64,000 bases of DNA from Vicinamibacterales bacterium (GTDB lineage: Bacteria > Acidobacteriota > Vicinamibacteria > Vicinamibacterales > UBA2999). Below the pieces are notes generated by a model, which worked only from the letters and a program-made list of their open reading frames with translations, was not told the DNA's origin and searched no databases. Below are positions 1 through 8,623 of this stretch, piece by piece. The position numbers and the translations under genes are program-made. Location of the stretch: the NCBI GenBank assembly GCA_036407095.1, contig DASWZV010000065.1, positions 27,262 to 91,261 on the forward strand, in the 5' to 3' direction. The stretch's first letter is position 1. Each line of letters starts with the position of its first letter.

Positions 1-7
1 CAGCGGC

Positions 8-3000
8 ATGCACCGCTCTGCACTGCGAAATGCCATCAAGTTCATTCGCGCGTGGCACACGTGCTCGGGTGACGACAAAGAGGGCCTTGACGTTCTCGGG
101 CCGACATTCTCCGGCTCGACGCTCTCGATGGCTCTCACGCTGGGCGATCCAGATGACCGGTTCGCAGGGGCTTTCAAAAGGACCCGTGTCATCACCGGCT
201 CTGCCAGCGCGGACGACAACCTCGAAACCTTTCAGAGGTTTGCTCCCAGCGCCGAGTTCCACGCGACGGTTCAACCCACGTTGAAAACCTTGCCGGTCAT
301 GGCCGCGTTTCTCGAGGGGATGAACTCGTCGTGGCGCTGCGGGACGCATGTCGCCATTCTGAGGGAGAGCAACACCGCGTACGGGCAAGCCGCGGACAGG
401 CAAGCCCTGAAGAAGAGCAAAGGTTTGTCCCCCGTGCAAGGTTCGACGCGCAGACCAGACGATTGCAAACCCCTCGCAGAGGCGGAGGTCTTCGCTTTTC
501 CGCTGCATGTGTCGCAGCTCCGAAGCGACAGTCCCGAGACGACGAGAGACACTGTCACTGTGCTGCCCTCGCCCGCCATTCCCCTCAACATGCGCGAGAC
601 GACGCCGCCTGCCGATCAGATCCCGGCTCTTCGACCGCAGCTCACCTCCCCGGTCGTCAATGCCACGGTTGACACCATTCTCGACACGATCCGGCACGAA
701 CGGCTGACGGCGGTCGGGATTCAAGCGACGGACGACCGGGACGTGTTGTTTCTGGCGCGCGAAGTCAAACGCGCGGTGCCCGACGTGCAACTGTTCCTGA
801 TTGGCGCGCACGCGTTGTATCTCCACCAGGACTACATCCCGTATCTTCGAGGCACGCTGGTCGCCTCGACTTACCCCCTGTCGCTGACGGCGCAGAGCAG
901 GGCCACCAGCGATCCGCACACGCGCGAGCCGTTCCAGAGCTGGGCCGCGGAGGGGCTTTTCAACGCGACTCTGCTTCTGATGGACTCGAAGTCCGCGCTG
1001 CGGGACTACTGCGATCCGAGCACGGTAGGGGACCAGCAAGATCGTCATCTTGAATCAATCACTCAGTGCGTGCCGCGCGTGTCGGTCAGCGTGATCGGCG
1101 AGGACGGCTTCTGGCCGTTGCCTGGAGATCACGCCCAGGGCACCGACAACGCCGGGTATGTTCAACCAGCGGGCACGCCGGAGGACTTCAGCCCGATCCC
1201 TTTGCCGCCGCTTCCCACGCAGGCCCGAATCGTCTTCACCGTGGTCGGCCTCTTTGTGTTGGCGCAGGTACTGATGCTCCTCTTCATGCGCCACCGCCTG
1301 CGGAAGGGTGAGAGACCGGGCACATTTCTGAAGTGGCCGGTCCTTCGAGTGCTTGCGCCGCCGATGACGCACAAGACCGCCGCGCGTCTACACCGCATCA
1401 GTCTGGTGATTTGCTTCGCCGTGTTGGCTGCGATCTCTGCGTGGGTCACCGTCGTCCTGACTCCCTTCCTGTTGTCGAGTCCGTCCGGTGTACTCGTCGG
1501 TGTCACGCTGGTGACGATCGGTGTCATGCTTCCAGCCCTTTTGCCCAGGACATCCAGAGAGGCACAGCATGTGTACTGGGGTCCGGAGGCGGCACGAAGG
1601 AGAACGAGATGGTTGCTGTCGCCAGTGATCGCGCTGCTGGCGCTCGGCCTGTGTGCCTTTATCGTCTACCTCGTCGGGCTCGTGTCGGGCGACACCCCTG
1701 CAGATGTCCAGCTGACACTGGCGCGTCTGGTTGGAGGGGGCATCATCTCGCCTGCAACCGCCACGCTGTGTCTGTTTGCCGCGCTTTACGCGGGCATCTT
1801 CGGCGGGATGCGGCGGCTATCCCTGGTCGGATGGGGATACGCCCAACTCGAAAAGAAATCGCGGGCGTTCGACTTGCTGAACAGACCACCGACCTGGTCG
1901 CCAAATGATCGGCGTCCGCAGGCGTGCGCGCGCTTGAGCGATGTGCTGGACATGCCAGCGCAGAATCTCCCTGTGTCATATACCGCCGGAATCCTGCTGG
2001 TCCTGGTGGTCGCTGTTCTCAGCATTGGGGGGATCTCTACCATCGAAGGAAAGGCATTTACGTGGTTCTTCGGCGCGACCTCCGCCACCGTGCTCATGCT
2101 GGGGCTCCTGAACCTCGCCCAAGGCCTCACGATCTGGAACACCGCACGTGCCCATCTGAAATGGCTTGCGCAATCGCCGATTGAAGGATCGTTCACGGCG
2201 ATCGCCAACCTGGTGCCGTGGAACCTGTCGCTGACACCACCACGGTTGATGGAGCTCCTGCCCGTCGCGCGCAGGGCGGACCAGATTGCGTTGGAGTTTC
2301 GCGTGCTCAGAGATCGCACCGAGGTCAGCGGGTGCGGACGGTCCCGCATCGATGACGAACCGCGCGGGGAACCTCTCGATCAGGACGACAGAGTCGAGAC
2401 GAAGCTCACCATCCGGAAGAGGGACTTCGGTGGGATCGGGAGGAACGTCGCAGTCGCGTCTCATGTCTCCAGCCTCGAACAGGAGATCGTGGAGCAGCAG
2501 CACGCGCCGTTCACGCAGAGCTCGAGCTGGATGCGCCTGTGGGAGGTCTCTGATGCCATCGTCCTGTTGTTGCAAAGGACGGCCTGGTGCCGGTTGGTTC
2601 CCAATCGCCAGAGCGCTCCTCCGAGCGGAATCCCGGTTGCGACGACCGTCGGCGGCCCGACAGATGTTGGTCAGGCGGATATCGCTATATCGCAGCGAAT
2701 GAGAATGGCAGCCGCACTGGAACTGGACTCGGACTCCATCCGTCACCGAAACATGGCGCACGAGCACGCTGGGCTGTTGCGTCGCTGCGAAGAACTCATC
2801 GCCCTTCAGTTCGGGTTCGTTCTCCGGGACATCGTGGCCCGCACGATCGCCGCGCTCTTCACCGCGATGCTCTGCCTCATGTTTCTGACAGCGGCGCACC
2901 TGCTGTACTCGTTCAACGGCCGCTCGGCGATGCTGACCGTCGACCTCCTTGCGGTCGCTGGTGCGTCGTTGGCGTCGATCTGGATCCTGGTCGGGATGGA

Positions 3001-3190
3001 ACGCGAGACCGTTCTGAGCCGTCTCCGCAACACCACGCCGGGACAACTGGACATCAACTGGGCTTTCGTACAGCGTGTGGCGGTGTACGGCGTGTTGCCA
3101 CTGCTCGTCGTGATCGCGTCGGTGTTCCCTGAGATCGGCAACTCGATCTTCGGCTGGCTCGAACCGTTGCGGAAGCTCTCGAGCGTCTGA
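8..3190 (+). CDS. Large polytopic membrane protein. It has an N-terminal soluble (periplasmic-binding-protein-like) region followed by many TM helices. Family not recognised. The 5' end may lie outside the window.
   Basis: 1060-aa ORF that is open to the window edge, with no in-frame stop before position 8. Long hydrophobic segments include IVFTVVGLFVLAQVLMLLF, ISLVICFAVLAAISAWVTVVL and GILLVLVVAVLSIGG. Confidence 0.6.
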   Translation: MHRSALRNAIKFIRAWHTCSGDDKEGLDVLGPTFSGSTLSMALTLGDPDDRFAGAFKRTRVITGSASADDNLETFQRFAPSAEFHATVQPTLKTLPVMAAFLEGMNSSWRCGTHVAILRESNTAYGQAADRQALKKSKGLSPVQGSTRRPDDCKPLAEAEVFAFPLHVSQLRSDSPETTRDTVTVLPSPAIPLNMRETTPPADQIPALRPQLTSPVVNATVDTILDTIRHERLTAVGIQATDDRDVLFLAREVKRAVPDVQLFLIGAHALYLHQDYIPYLRGTLVASTYPLSLTAQSRATSDPHTREPFQSWAAEGLFNATLLLMDSKSALRDYCDPSTVGDQQDRHLESITQCVPRVSVSVIGEDGFWPLPGDHAQGTDNAGYVQPAGTPEDFSPIPLPPLPTQARIVFTVVGLFVLAQVLMLLFMRHRLRKGERPGTFLKWPVLRVLAPPMTHKTAARLHRISLVICFAVLAAISAWVTVVLTPFLLSSPSGVLVGVTLVTIGVMLPALLPRTSREAQHVYWGPEAARRRTRWLLSPVIALLALGLCAFIVYLVGLVSGDTPADVQLTLARLVGGGIISPATATLCLFAALYAGIFGGMRRLSLVGWGYAQLEKKSRAFDLLNRPPTWSPNDRRPQACARLSDVLDMPAQNLPVSYTAGILLVLVVAVLSIGGISTIEGKAFTWFFGATSATVLMLGLLNLAQGLTIWNTARAHLKWLAQSPIEGSFTAIANLVPWNLSLTPPRLMELLPVARRADQIALEFRVLRDRTEVSGCGRSRIDDEPRGEPLDQDDRVETKLTIRKRDFGGIGRNVAVASHVSSLEQEIVEQQHAPFTQSSSWMRLWEVSDAIVLLLQRTAWCRLVPNRQSAPPSGIPVATTVGGPTDVGQADIAISQRMRMAAALELDSDSIRHRNMAHEHAGLLRRCEELIALQFGFVLRDIVARTIAALFTAMLCLMFLTAAHLLYSFNGRSAMLTVDLLAVAGASLASIWILVGMERETVLSRLRNTTPGQLDINWAFVQRVAVYGVLPLLVVIASVFPEIGNSIFGWLEPLRKLSSV

Positions 3191-3298
3191 TGACAGGGCG
3201 TACTCGATCTCGCGATCGAATCGTCCTAATCGGGCGAATCCGCTCGCTTCAGCCTTCGCACGGGCAGTCGATCTGACCCGACGGGGGCGTGCTAGTCT

Positions 3299-3865
3299 TT
3301 GTGGCACAACCGGCCGCCCGGCAGCTTGACGATCGTGACACCACCACAGAATTTCGACGCAAGGGCTATCACTGAGCCGCACGAGCGGCTCCTTACGTAC
3401 TACTTCATCGTTGCGCTGCTTTCCCTCGTGGCGTTTCCGGTCACGATGACCGTGTTGTATATCAAGTACCGCACCATGCGGTTCCGCTTTGACGATGAGG
3501 GCGTGTGGAAGCGGCAGGGCCTGCTGTGGCGCAGTGAAGTGAACGTCACGTATCGACGCATTCAGGACATTCACTTGACCAACGGCATCGTTCAACGGTG
3601 GCTGGGTTTGGCGACGGTGAGCATCCAAACCGCGGCGGGTTCGTCAACGGCGGAAGTGACCATCGAGGGGGTGCTCGAGGCGGAAGCCTTGCGCGACTAC
3701 CTGTACACGAAGATGCGAGGCGTGCGCGAAGGTACGTCTGTTGTGGCTCACGCGACCGACAGTGGATCGCACGCTGGCGCGACTGATGACGAAGCGCTTG
3801 CGCTGCTCGCGGACATCCGCGACTCGCTTCGCCGTCTCGAGACCCGTTTGAGCGGTCGGCCGTGA
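3299..3865 (+). CDS. Bacterial PH domain (bPH_2 / YdbS-like) membrane protein
   Basis: Two N-terminal TM helices, then a typical bPH_2 core: RFRFDDEGVWKRQGLLWRSEVNVTYRRIQDIHLTNGIVQRWLGLATVSIQTAAG. The track start is TTG, so the exact start is uncertain. Confidence 0.75.
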   Translation: MWHNRPPGSLTIVTPPQNFDARAITEPHERLLTYYFIVALLSLVAFPVTMTVLYIKYRTMRFRFDDEGVWKRQGLLWRSEVNVTYRRIQDIHLTNGIVQRWLGLATVSIQTAAGSSTAEVTIEGVLEAEALRDYLYTKMRGVREGTSVVAHATDSGSHAGATDDEALALLADIRDSLRRLETRLSGRP

Positions 3866-4626
3866 GCCACACTGTCGACGCCGCGGCCGAATGGATCTAT
3901 CGAGGCATCTGGGCAGGCATCGTCGCACTGTTCAAAGTCCCGCCGGAGCCTCCAACGCTTCCGTCGTCGGGCGAGGCGGTCCGCTCGATCAGGCCATCGG
4001 CCGGTTATCTTCGTTATCTGAAATTCCTTTTCTGGGTGGCATTCCTCCCGGGAGACATTGTCCCGCTCATCCTCTGGATTGCTGTCTTTGTCGCCCTTCC
4101 CATTGTGGGCGTCATTCTGATCGGTCCGCTCGTGATCGTGCTGATCGCACCAGATGTGATCGCGTACGTCGGCCTTCACCTCAAATACGACACCACTTGG
4201 TACGTGCTGACCGATCGGAGCCTTCGCATCAGACGCGGCATCTGGGTGATTCACGAGACGACGATCACGTTCGAGAATGTTCAAAACGTCGAAGTCGCGC
4301 AGGGTCCCGTGCAGCGTTTCTTTGGCATCGCCGACGTGATCGTGCAGACGGCGGGGGGCGCCTCGAGGAGAACGAGCCATGGAGGGGAGAAGACAACTGG
4401 CGCGCACGTGGGCGTCCTGCAGGGCCTGGACAATGCCGCAGAAGTGCGCGACCTGATTATCGACCGCGTCAGGCGAAGTCGAACGACAGGCCTCGGCGAC
4501 GAGCATGCGATGCTGTCGGCTCATGCGAACCACGCGCCTCGGCCGGAGTATTCGACAGCCCACTTGGCCGTGCTGCGTGAGATTCGCGACGCAACGCGCC
4601 GCCTCGCAGAAGCGGCTCCGCTATGA
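3862..4626 (+). CDS. Bacterial PH domain (bPH_2 / YdbT-like) membrane protein
   Basis: GTGA start/stop overlap with the upstream gene at 3862-3865. Motif YVLTDRSLRIRRGIWVIHETTITFENVQNVEVAQGPVQRFFGIADVIVQTAGG. Confidence 0.75.
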   Translation: MSHTVDAAAEWIYRGIWAGIVALFKVPPEPPTLPSSGEAVRSIRPSAGYLRYLKFLFWVAFLPGDIVPLILWIAVFVALPIVGVILIGPLVIVLIAPDVIAYVGLHLKYDTTWYVLTDRSLRIRRGIWVIHETTITFENVQNVEVAQGPVQRFFGIADVIVQTAGGASRRTSHGGEKTTGAHVGVLQGLDNAAEVRDLIIDRVRRSRTTGLGDEHAMLSAHANHAPRPEYSTAHLAVLREIRDATRRLAEAAPL

Positions 4627-4693
4627 CACCGTGTCACAGCCCTGAGGCAAGGGCCGATGCAGACGCGCACCGTAGTCAAGGAAGAGGAGTAAC

Positions 4694-5104
4694 GTGATGA
4701 GGATTTACTGGTTGCGTGTGCTGCTCGGCGGTTTTCTCATCGAGGTCGTTCTCGCGATCGTGCTCCTTGGCGGATTTGCGGCGGCGGGTGTGGACATCGC
4801 CAGCGGAGTCTCGCCCGCGTCCGCGGTGATCATCGGCGTCGGCTGTTTCGCGGCGGCATTCCTGATCGTGCTGTGGCTGGGCCGGGGCATCGACAGTCAT
4901 CTCGTACTGCATGGCTTTCTCATGGGACTCGTCGCGACGCTGATCTACGTCGGCCTGGTCGGGGGGTCCGGCCAGATGTCGTCGGCCCTTGCTGCCTACG
5001 GGCCCGCGACCTTCGTGACCCTCAACTTGGTGCGGATTGCGGGGGCCGTGTGTGGCGGCGTCGTCTGCGAGCGCGGGAGAGCGGCGCATCCTGCCATGCT
5101 GTGA
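4694..5104 (+). CDS. Small 4-TM membrane protein, unknown family
   Basis: 136-aa hydrophobic ORF preceded by GGAAGAGGAG (Shine-Dalgarno-like) about 8 nt upstream. Confidence 0.55.
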   Translation: MMRIYWLRVLLGGFLIEVVLAIVLLGGFAAAGVDIASGVSPASAVIIGVGCFAAAFLIVLWLGRGIDSHLVLHGFLMGLVATLIYVGLVGGSGQMSSALAAYGPATFVTLNLVRIAGAVCGGVVCERGRAAHPAML

Positions 5105-5142
5105 AGCGCGCGATCGGCGCTGACCTGCCCGCAATGCGCGTA

Positions 5143-6414
5143 TTACACCGTCCGTCCGCGCTCGCCTGATGTGACGGGAACCGATCCGGCCGCCACGCTT
5201 TCGGCCTGGCAGTCAGTCGTCGCGGCGCGCGTGTCCGTCCGCCGGAGTTTCCGTCCGGCAATCTTGTTGTGAATGCTTTCGAGTGGGCCTGGTCCAGGGC
5301 GGCCCAGTCTTCGTTCGAGCGCGGAGAGCGGCGACAGTTCCCCGGAAAGGATCTGCAGGGCCCATGCGCTGTCGATTCGAGCCTGTGCCTCTTCGTTCGC
5401 TCCCGCAGCCTCGTCGCTGTCCAATCGCGCGCTCACGACGAACACCTTTCCGCTGAGCTCGCGCAGCTCGAGCACGTGACCCGACCGCTCCAGGTCCTGT
5501 TCCTCGGTGTCGAAGCGATGGACGAAATGGACGTCGTGCGCTGCTCGCGAGCCTTCGTCGCTGGGAGTCGGAGTCTCGGAATGGCCGTTGGCCGATTCGA
5601 GCCGCTCGATCAGCGATTCGACCGCTTTCAGCATCTGCGACCACGTCTCCTGCTGGCCCACTGAGCTGGTCTCTCCCTGAAGACGTGTGTCGAGCTCTTC
5701 CCAGACCTTTGCGAACGCCTCCGTAGCAGACTCCCGTGCAGCGAACATCGCCAGCGGCTTCCGGTGAACTGTCATCTGCTCGACGACGCTCGCGTAGGGG
5801 ATTTGTGCACGCATGAAGATCTGCGGGTTTGCTGCCGACCATTCGGTGGCGTGCCGATGCAGCGTCTTTCGGCGATCGACCATGCTGAAGAACGCCGCGA
5901 CCTTGCACCGTGTCTCTGAACGGTCGGCCCACTGGATCAGATGTGCGAGCGTTCGCAACGAGAGCACGGTGGGGATCGTGGGCACGATGATGGCATCAGC
6001 CGCTGCGAAGATCCCCTCGATCAACAGCGAGAAGCCTGCCGGGCAGTCGAGAAACACCACGTCGAAGTCGCGGCCGAGCGTCTCCAGAAGTGACGTCACC
6101 GAGCGTTCAGGTTTGCCAATCGAATCGAGAAGCCGCTCGAACTTCCGGTAGGCGAAGTCTGCCGGCAGTAAATGCAGGTTGTTGTAATCAGTCTCTCTGA
6201 TGGCCGCGCCGAGCGCATGGCCGTCCTCGAGGCTCTTCTTGCCGAACCCTTCGACATGCGGCTGCACTCGGAACGCAAACGTTGCGGCTCCCTGTGGGTC
6301 GAGATCCCATAACAACGTCCGCGCTCCTGCTGCCGCGGCGAGATACGACAGGTTGACCGCGCCGGTTGTTTTCCCGACCCCGCCTTTCATGTTGTAGATG
6401 GCAACGGTCTTCAT
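5143..6414 (-). CDS. ParA/MinD-family P-loop ATPase with a ~170-aa C-terminal extension
   Basis: Deviant Walker A: MKTVAIYNMKGGVGKTTGAVNLSY. Also DLDPQGAAT and DVVFLDCPAG. The start was moved to the internal ATG at 6414, which forms an ATGA overlap with the stop of the upstream CHAD gene. Confidence 0.85.
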   Translation of the reverse strand: MKTVAIYNMKGGVGKTTGAVNLSYLAAAAGARTLLWDLDPQGAATFAFRVQPHVEGFGKKSLEDGHALGAAIRETDYNNLHLLPADFAYRKFERLLDSIGKPERSVTSLLETLGRDFDVVFLDCPAGFSLLIEGIFAAADAIIVPTIPTVLSLRTLAHLIQWADRSETRCKVAAFFSMVDRRKTLHRHATEWSAANPQIFMRAQIPYASVVEQMTVHRKPLAMFAARESATEAFAKVWEELDTRLQGETSSVGQQETWSQMLKAVESLIERLESANGHSETPTPSDEGSRAAHDVHFVHRFDTEEQDLERSGHVLELRELSGKVFVVSARLDSDEAAGANEEAQARIDSAWALQILSGELSPLSALERRLGRPGPGPLESIHNKIAGRKLRRTDTRAATTDCQAESVAAGSVPVTSGERGRTV

Positions 6415-8003
6415 CGCGCTCGCTCCTCTGACTTCGATCGCCTGAACGCGCGCCGGCACGCCGTCCGTGTCTCAGGGGCCCGAAAGCGTTCGAGTGTCGC
6501 GACGACCTCGTCGCGCAACCGTTCCCGACGCTGGCAGCTCTGCTCGACAAGCCGCCCGAGCGCGAGCAGGGCGCCAGGCGGGCCACCAGCGGCGCCCAGC
6601 TCGAGCCCGCAGTTCAGCAGCCGCTTTTCCTGCACTTCGGCGTCGTTGAAGTCGCCGAGTACTCGCTGCAGCTTCTTCACGGCGCCAACGACGCACCCCA
6701 GATCGGCGGCATCGCAAAACGCTGGCGTGACGTCGATCAGATAGCGCAGCTTCTTCGCATCGATGCGGATTTCGTGGAGTCGCGCTGCCGATGTCTGGCC
6801 GTCGATGATCCTGGCGGTGTCGGCGATTCGTTGGCTCAGTCGCCACGCCCGCCTCGCAACGACATGTGCCAGACGGTCTCCCGCGTTGACCGCTTCGGGT
6901 GTGGTCAACACCGGCCGTTGCAGAAATGCCTTCCAGTCTGAAATGAGACGTCGATACCGCTGGCTGTCCAGCGCTTCGATGAGCCGGTCGTGTTCCTGCT
7001 GCTGGGCCTGAGTGAGGATCTCCCGCAGCACCTGCATGTCGGCAGCGGAAAATTCGGCGCCACGTTCTCTGAGTGCCAGGACGAGTACGTCCAGGTCGCG
7101 AGGCGCACCAGTCAAACGTCCGATCCACGAGAACTCCGTCGAGAAGTGCTCGACCGCCTCTGCTGGGAACACGCGTCGGATCTGACCGAGGAGCGAGCGC
7201 GTTCGCCTCACGGTCACACGAAAATCGTGGAGGAATTCCGTGTCCAGATTGGCGCGGAGGCCAGGTTCGTTGGCTTCGAGAATGCCGACGAGCGCCAGAT
7301 GAATCTGCCGCGCTCCGATGTCTGCGCGGACCGTCGATGCGAGATCCACGCGAGGCGACGATACGTCGCCCCGCATCGGCGCGCCAGCCCCCGACAGCAT
7401 CACGTCAAGCGAACCCTCAGGGCACGGCTGAACGCCGGGACGACTCTCGATCACCGGCACGAGTCGCGAATAGGTGTCCTCGTACCCGCGCAGTGCCGTC
7501 AATGTGACCATCGTCGGCAACGGGCGCCACGCAGCTCGTGGCGACGGCAGCCGGGCCTGGCCAGACGCAATCCGGAGACGTGCCACGGTCTTGCCGCGAT
7601 CGTCGAGCACTTCGAGCAGCGATCCGTACTCCTCGGCGTCGGCCTGTTCGAGAAGCCGCCGCGGACCGATGACCGAGGCCAGCGTTTGCTGCAGTCGCCC
7701 GGTGGGAAAGTCCCACGCAAAATTCGCCGGCTGCTTCAACCGGACCTTCAAGTGGCTTGAAGTCCCGCGCGTCTGCCACGCCACCGTGGAGTCGTCGGCG
7801 CCGCCGCGCGTCAGGCGGGCGCCGGCCCGACGGACGCGCTCGTCGAAGGTGTCGAGGACGGTGAACCGGTGCCGGGCAATCGCATGATGCCGGGTCGGCA
7901 GGAGCGCCTGCAGGCTCCTCGTAATGGCCTCTCCTGAGACTTCTCGTGGAACGACGTAAACCGATTCGGTTGCGGCAGCCACACCGTGCTTCATTTCCGT
8001 CAT
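6411..8003 (-). CDS. CYTH-like N-terminal domain + CHAD domain protein
   Basis: CHAD helices with conserved basic/His motifs: HDFRVTVRRTRSLL, LHEIRIDAKKLRYLIDV and LGDFNDAEVQ. The N-terminal ~200 aa has the CYTH-like pattern FTVLDTFDERVRRAGARLTR...WQTRG...LKVRLKQP. A clean ExExK motif is not visible. Confidence 0.8.
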   Translation of the reverse strand: MTEMKHGVAAATESVYVVPREVSGEAITRSLQALLPTRHHAIARHRFTVLDTFDERVRRAGARLTRGGADDSTVAWQTRGTSSHLKVRLKQPANFAWDFPTGRLQQTLASVIGPRRLLEQADAEEYGSLLEVLDDRGKTVARLRIASGQARLPSPRAAWRPLPTMVTLTALRGYEDTYSRLVPVIESRPGVQPCPEGSLDVMLSGAGAPMRGDVSSPRVDLASTVRADIGARQIHLALVGILEANEPGLRANLDTEFLHDFRVTVRRTRSLLGQIRRVFPAEAVEHFSTEFSWIGRLTGAPRDLDVLVLALRERGAEFSAADMQVLREILTQAQQQEHDRLIEALDSQRYRRLISDWKAFLQRPVLTTPEAVNAGDRLAHVVARRAWRLSQRIADTARIIDGQTSAARLHEIRIDAKKLRYLIDVTPAFCDAADLGCVVGAVKKLQRVLGDFNDAEVQEKRLLNCGLELGAAGGPPGALLALGRLVEQSCQRRERLRDEVVATLERFRAPETRTACRRAFRRSKSEERAR

Positions 8004-8006
8004 CGC

Positions 8007-8411
8007 TCACGAGTTCAGTTGGACGTCGAGGTGATGGATCAGCCGCTGCAGTTCTTCGCGCAGACAGTCCGCTGCGTCGGGAATGCGCATCCAGCGTCGC
8101 CGCCGCACGTCATCCTCGAGCCAACGGTCCGCGACGTTCGTGACGCGCATGGCGAAAACATCAACCCGCCGGCGATCGTTACCCTTGACGTGGTGGTACC
8201 ACCCGAGTGGTTTCCGCCACACCACGCCGCGCAGTCCGGCTTCTTCCTCGGCTTCCCGGATCGCCGCGTCGCGTGGCCGCTCGCCCTCGTACACAGACCC
8301 TTTCGGCACGATCCAGCCCTTCCCTCCGGACGTCGTCACGAGGGCCACCTCGACGCGCTCGTTGCGGATCCGATACGGGATCACGGCAGCCTGCTGAAGT
8401 ACACGCGGCAT
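8007..8411 (-). CDS. Nudix hydrolase
   Basis: Nudix box: GKGWIVPKGSVYEGERPRDAAIREAEEEAGLRG. The start was trimmed to MPRVLQQAAVIPYR at 8411. Only 3 nt separate its stop from the CHAD gene start. Confidence 0.8.
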   Translation of the reverse strand: MPRVLQQAAVIPYRIRNERVEVALVTTSGGKGWIVPKGSVYEGERPRDAAIREAEEEAGLRGVVWRKPLGWYHHVKGNDRRRVDVFAMRVTNVADRWLEDDVRRRRWMRIPDAADCLREELQRLIHHLDVQLNS

Positions 8412-8623
8412 CTGTCCTCCAGTCGCGGTTTCAGAACTGGGTGCTGGGAGCTCGGGTTCTGAGGGTTTGAACAGAAAGTAACAAAGTCGCGTTGGATGAA
8501 CAAGAGGCTTCAATGAATGGTGAGTCGCCAAACGAGATTCGATGCAACTACATGAACGTGAGGGCGACGATGGCACGAGCACGAACGGTATCGGACGGTT
8601 CACCGTCTAAGCCGGCGTCCACC

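Noticed and set aside
1976-3628. 550-aa minus-strand ORF antisense to the large membrane protein gene
   Set aside because: The translation is Arg/Pro/Ala/Gly-rich and low in complexity. It lies entirely opposite a gene with clear TM-helix structure and spans the intergenic gap at 3191-3298. This is a typical high-GC shadow ORF.
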